Assembly (NCBI GenBank): GCA_051294905.1
Contig: CM119371.1
Location: forward strand, 39,806,001 to 39,870,000
Direction of reading: 5' to 3'
Source of the DNA: Botryllus schlosseri
Lineage: Eukaryota
Length of the DNA: 64,000 bases
Shown here in pieces: positions 63,810 through 64,000 of this stretch. A program made the position numbers and the translations under genes. Positions within the stretch are counted from its first letter, which is position 1; each line of letters opens with the position of its first letter. The notes beneath the pieces are model-generated. The model saw nothing but the letters and a program-made list of their open reading frames with translations. It was not told the DNA's origin and searched no databases.

Positions 63810-64000
63810 ACTTGTGCCTGATATTGCAAATTGAGCAAGATTGACATGAATCAGAATTGAGCGTTAATTCTAATTTATGGAGTCGTATAGCGAGAGATGA
63901 GATTTGAGAAAACTTAATCATCAGCTCCAATTCACCGAGAGTTAATTTATCAGCAATTATAGTTTCAACACTATTTTCCACTGGAAAAGGCTGTAATCCT
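63810..64000 (-). mobile_element. Old partial MITE, TAGGGCTGGGC family
   Basis: Reverse-complement similarity to 55060-55250. Confidence 0.6.

Overview
AT-rich eukaryotic (animal) DNA, probably from a marine invertebrate; the repeat repertoire suggests an ascidian, but that is inference only. Most of the window is non-autonomous transposons: hAT-type MITEs with 8-bp TSDs, TA-targeting Tc1/mariner-pogo-type MITEs, a tRNA-derived SINE and foldbacks. Translating across stops, frameshifts and insertions shows that nearly all the apparently unique DNA from about 9 kb to 63.8 kb is a tandem array of at least nine highly diverged, decayed DCAF1/VprBP-like genes. Eight lie on the minus strand and one is inverted; two junctions have spacers of only about 60-110 bp. 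One copy is split by a 12.5-kb transposon nest. The core of the nest is a 9.8-kb gene-less Polinton/Maverick-type element with AGTAGT...ACTACT termini, about 1.39-kb TIRs and a 6-bp TSD (GAGGAG). A small, apparently intact spliced gene at about 26 kb encodes a type II membrane protein with an N/Q/V-rich RHIM-like cytoplasmic segment. Protein homologies are by-eye alignments to human DCAF1 as I remember it and need confirming by tBLASTn or HMM search. Pseudogene boundaries are approximate.
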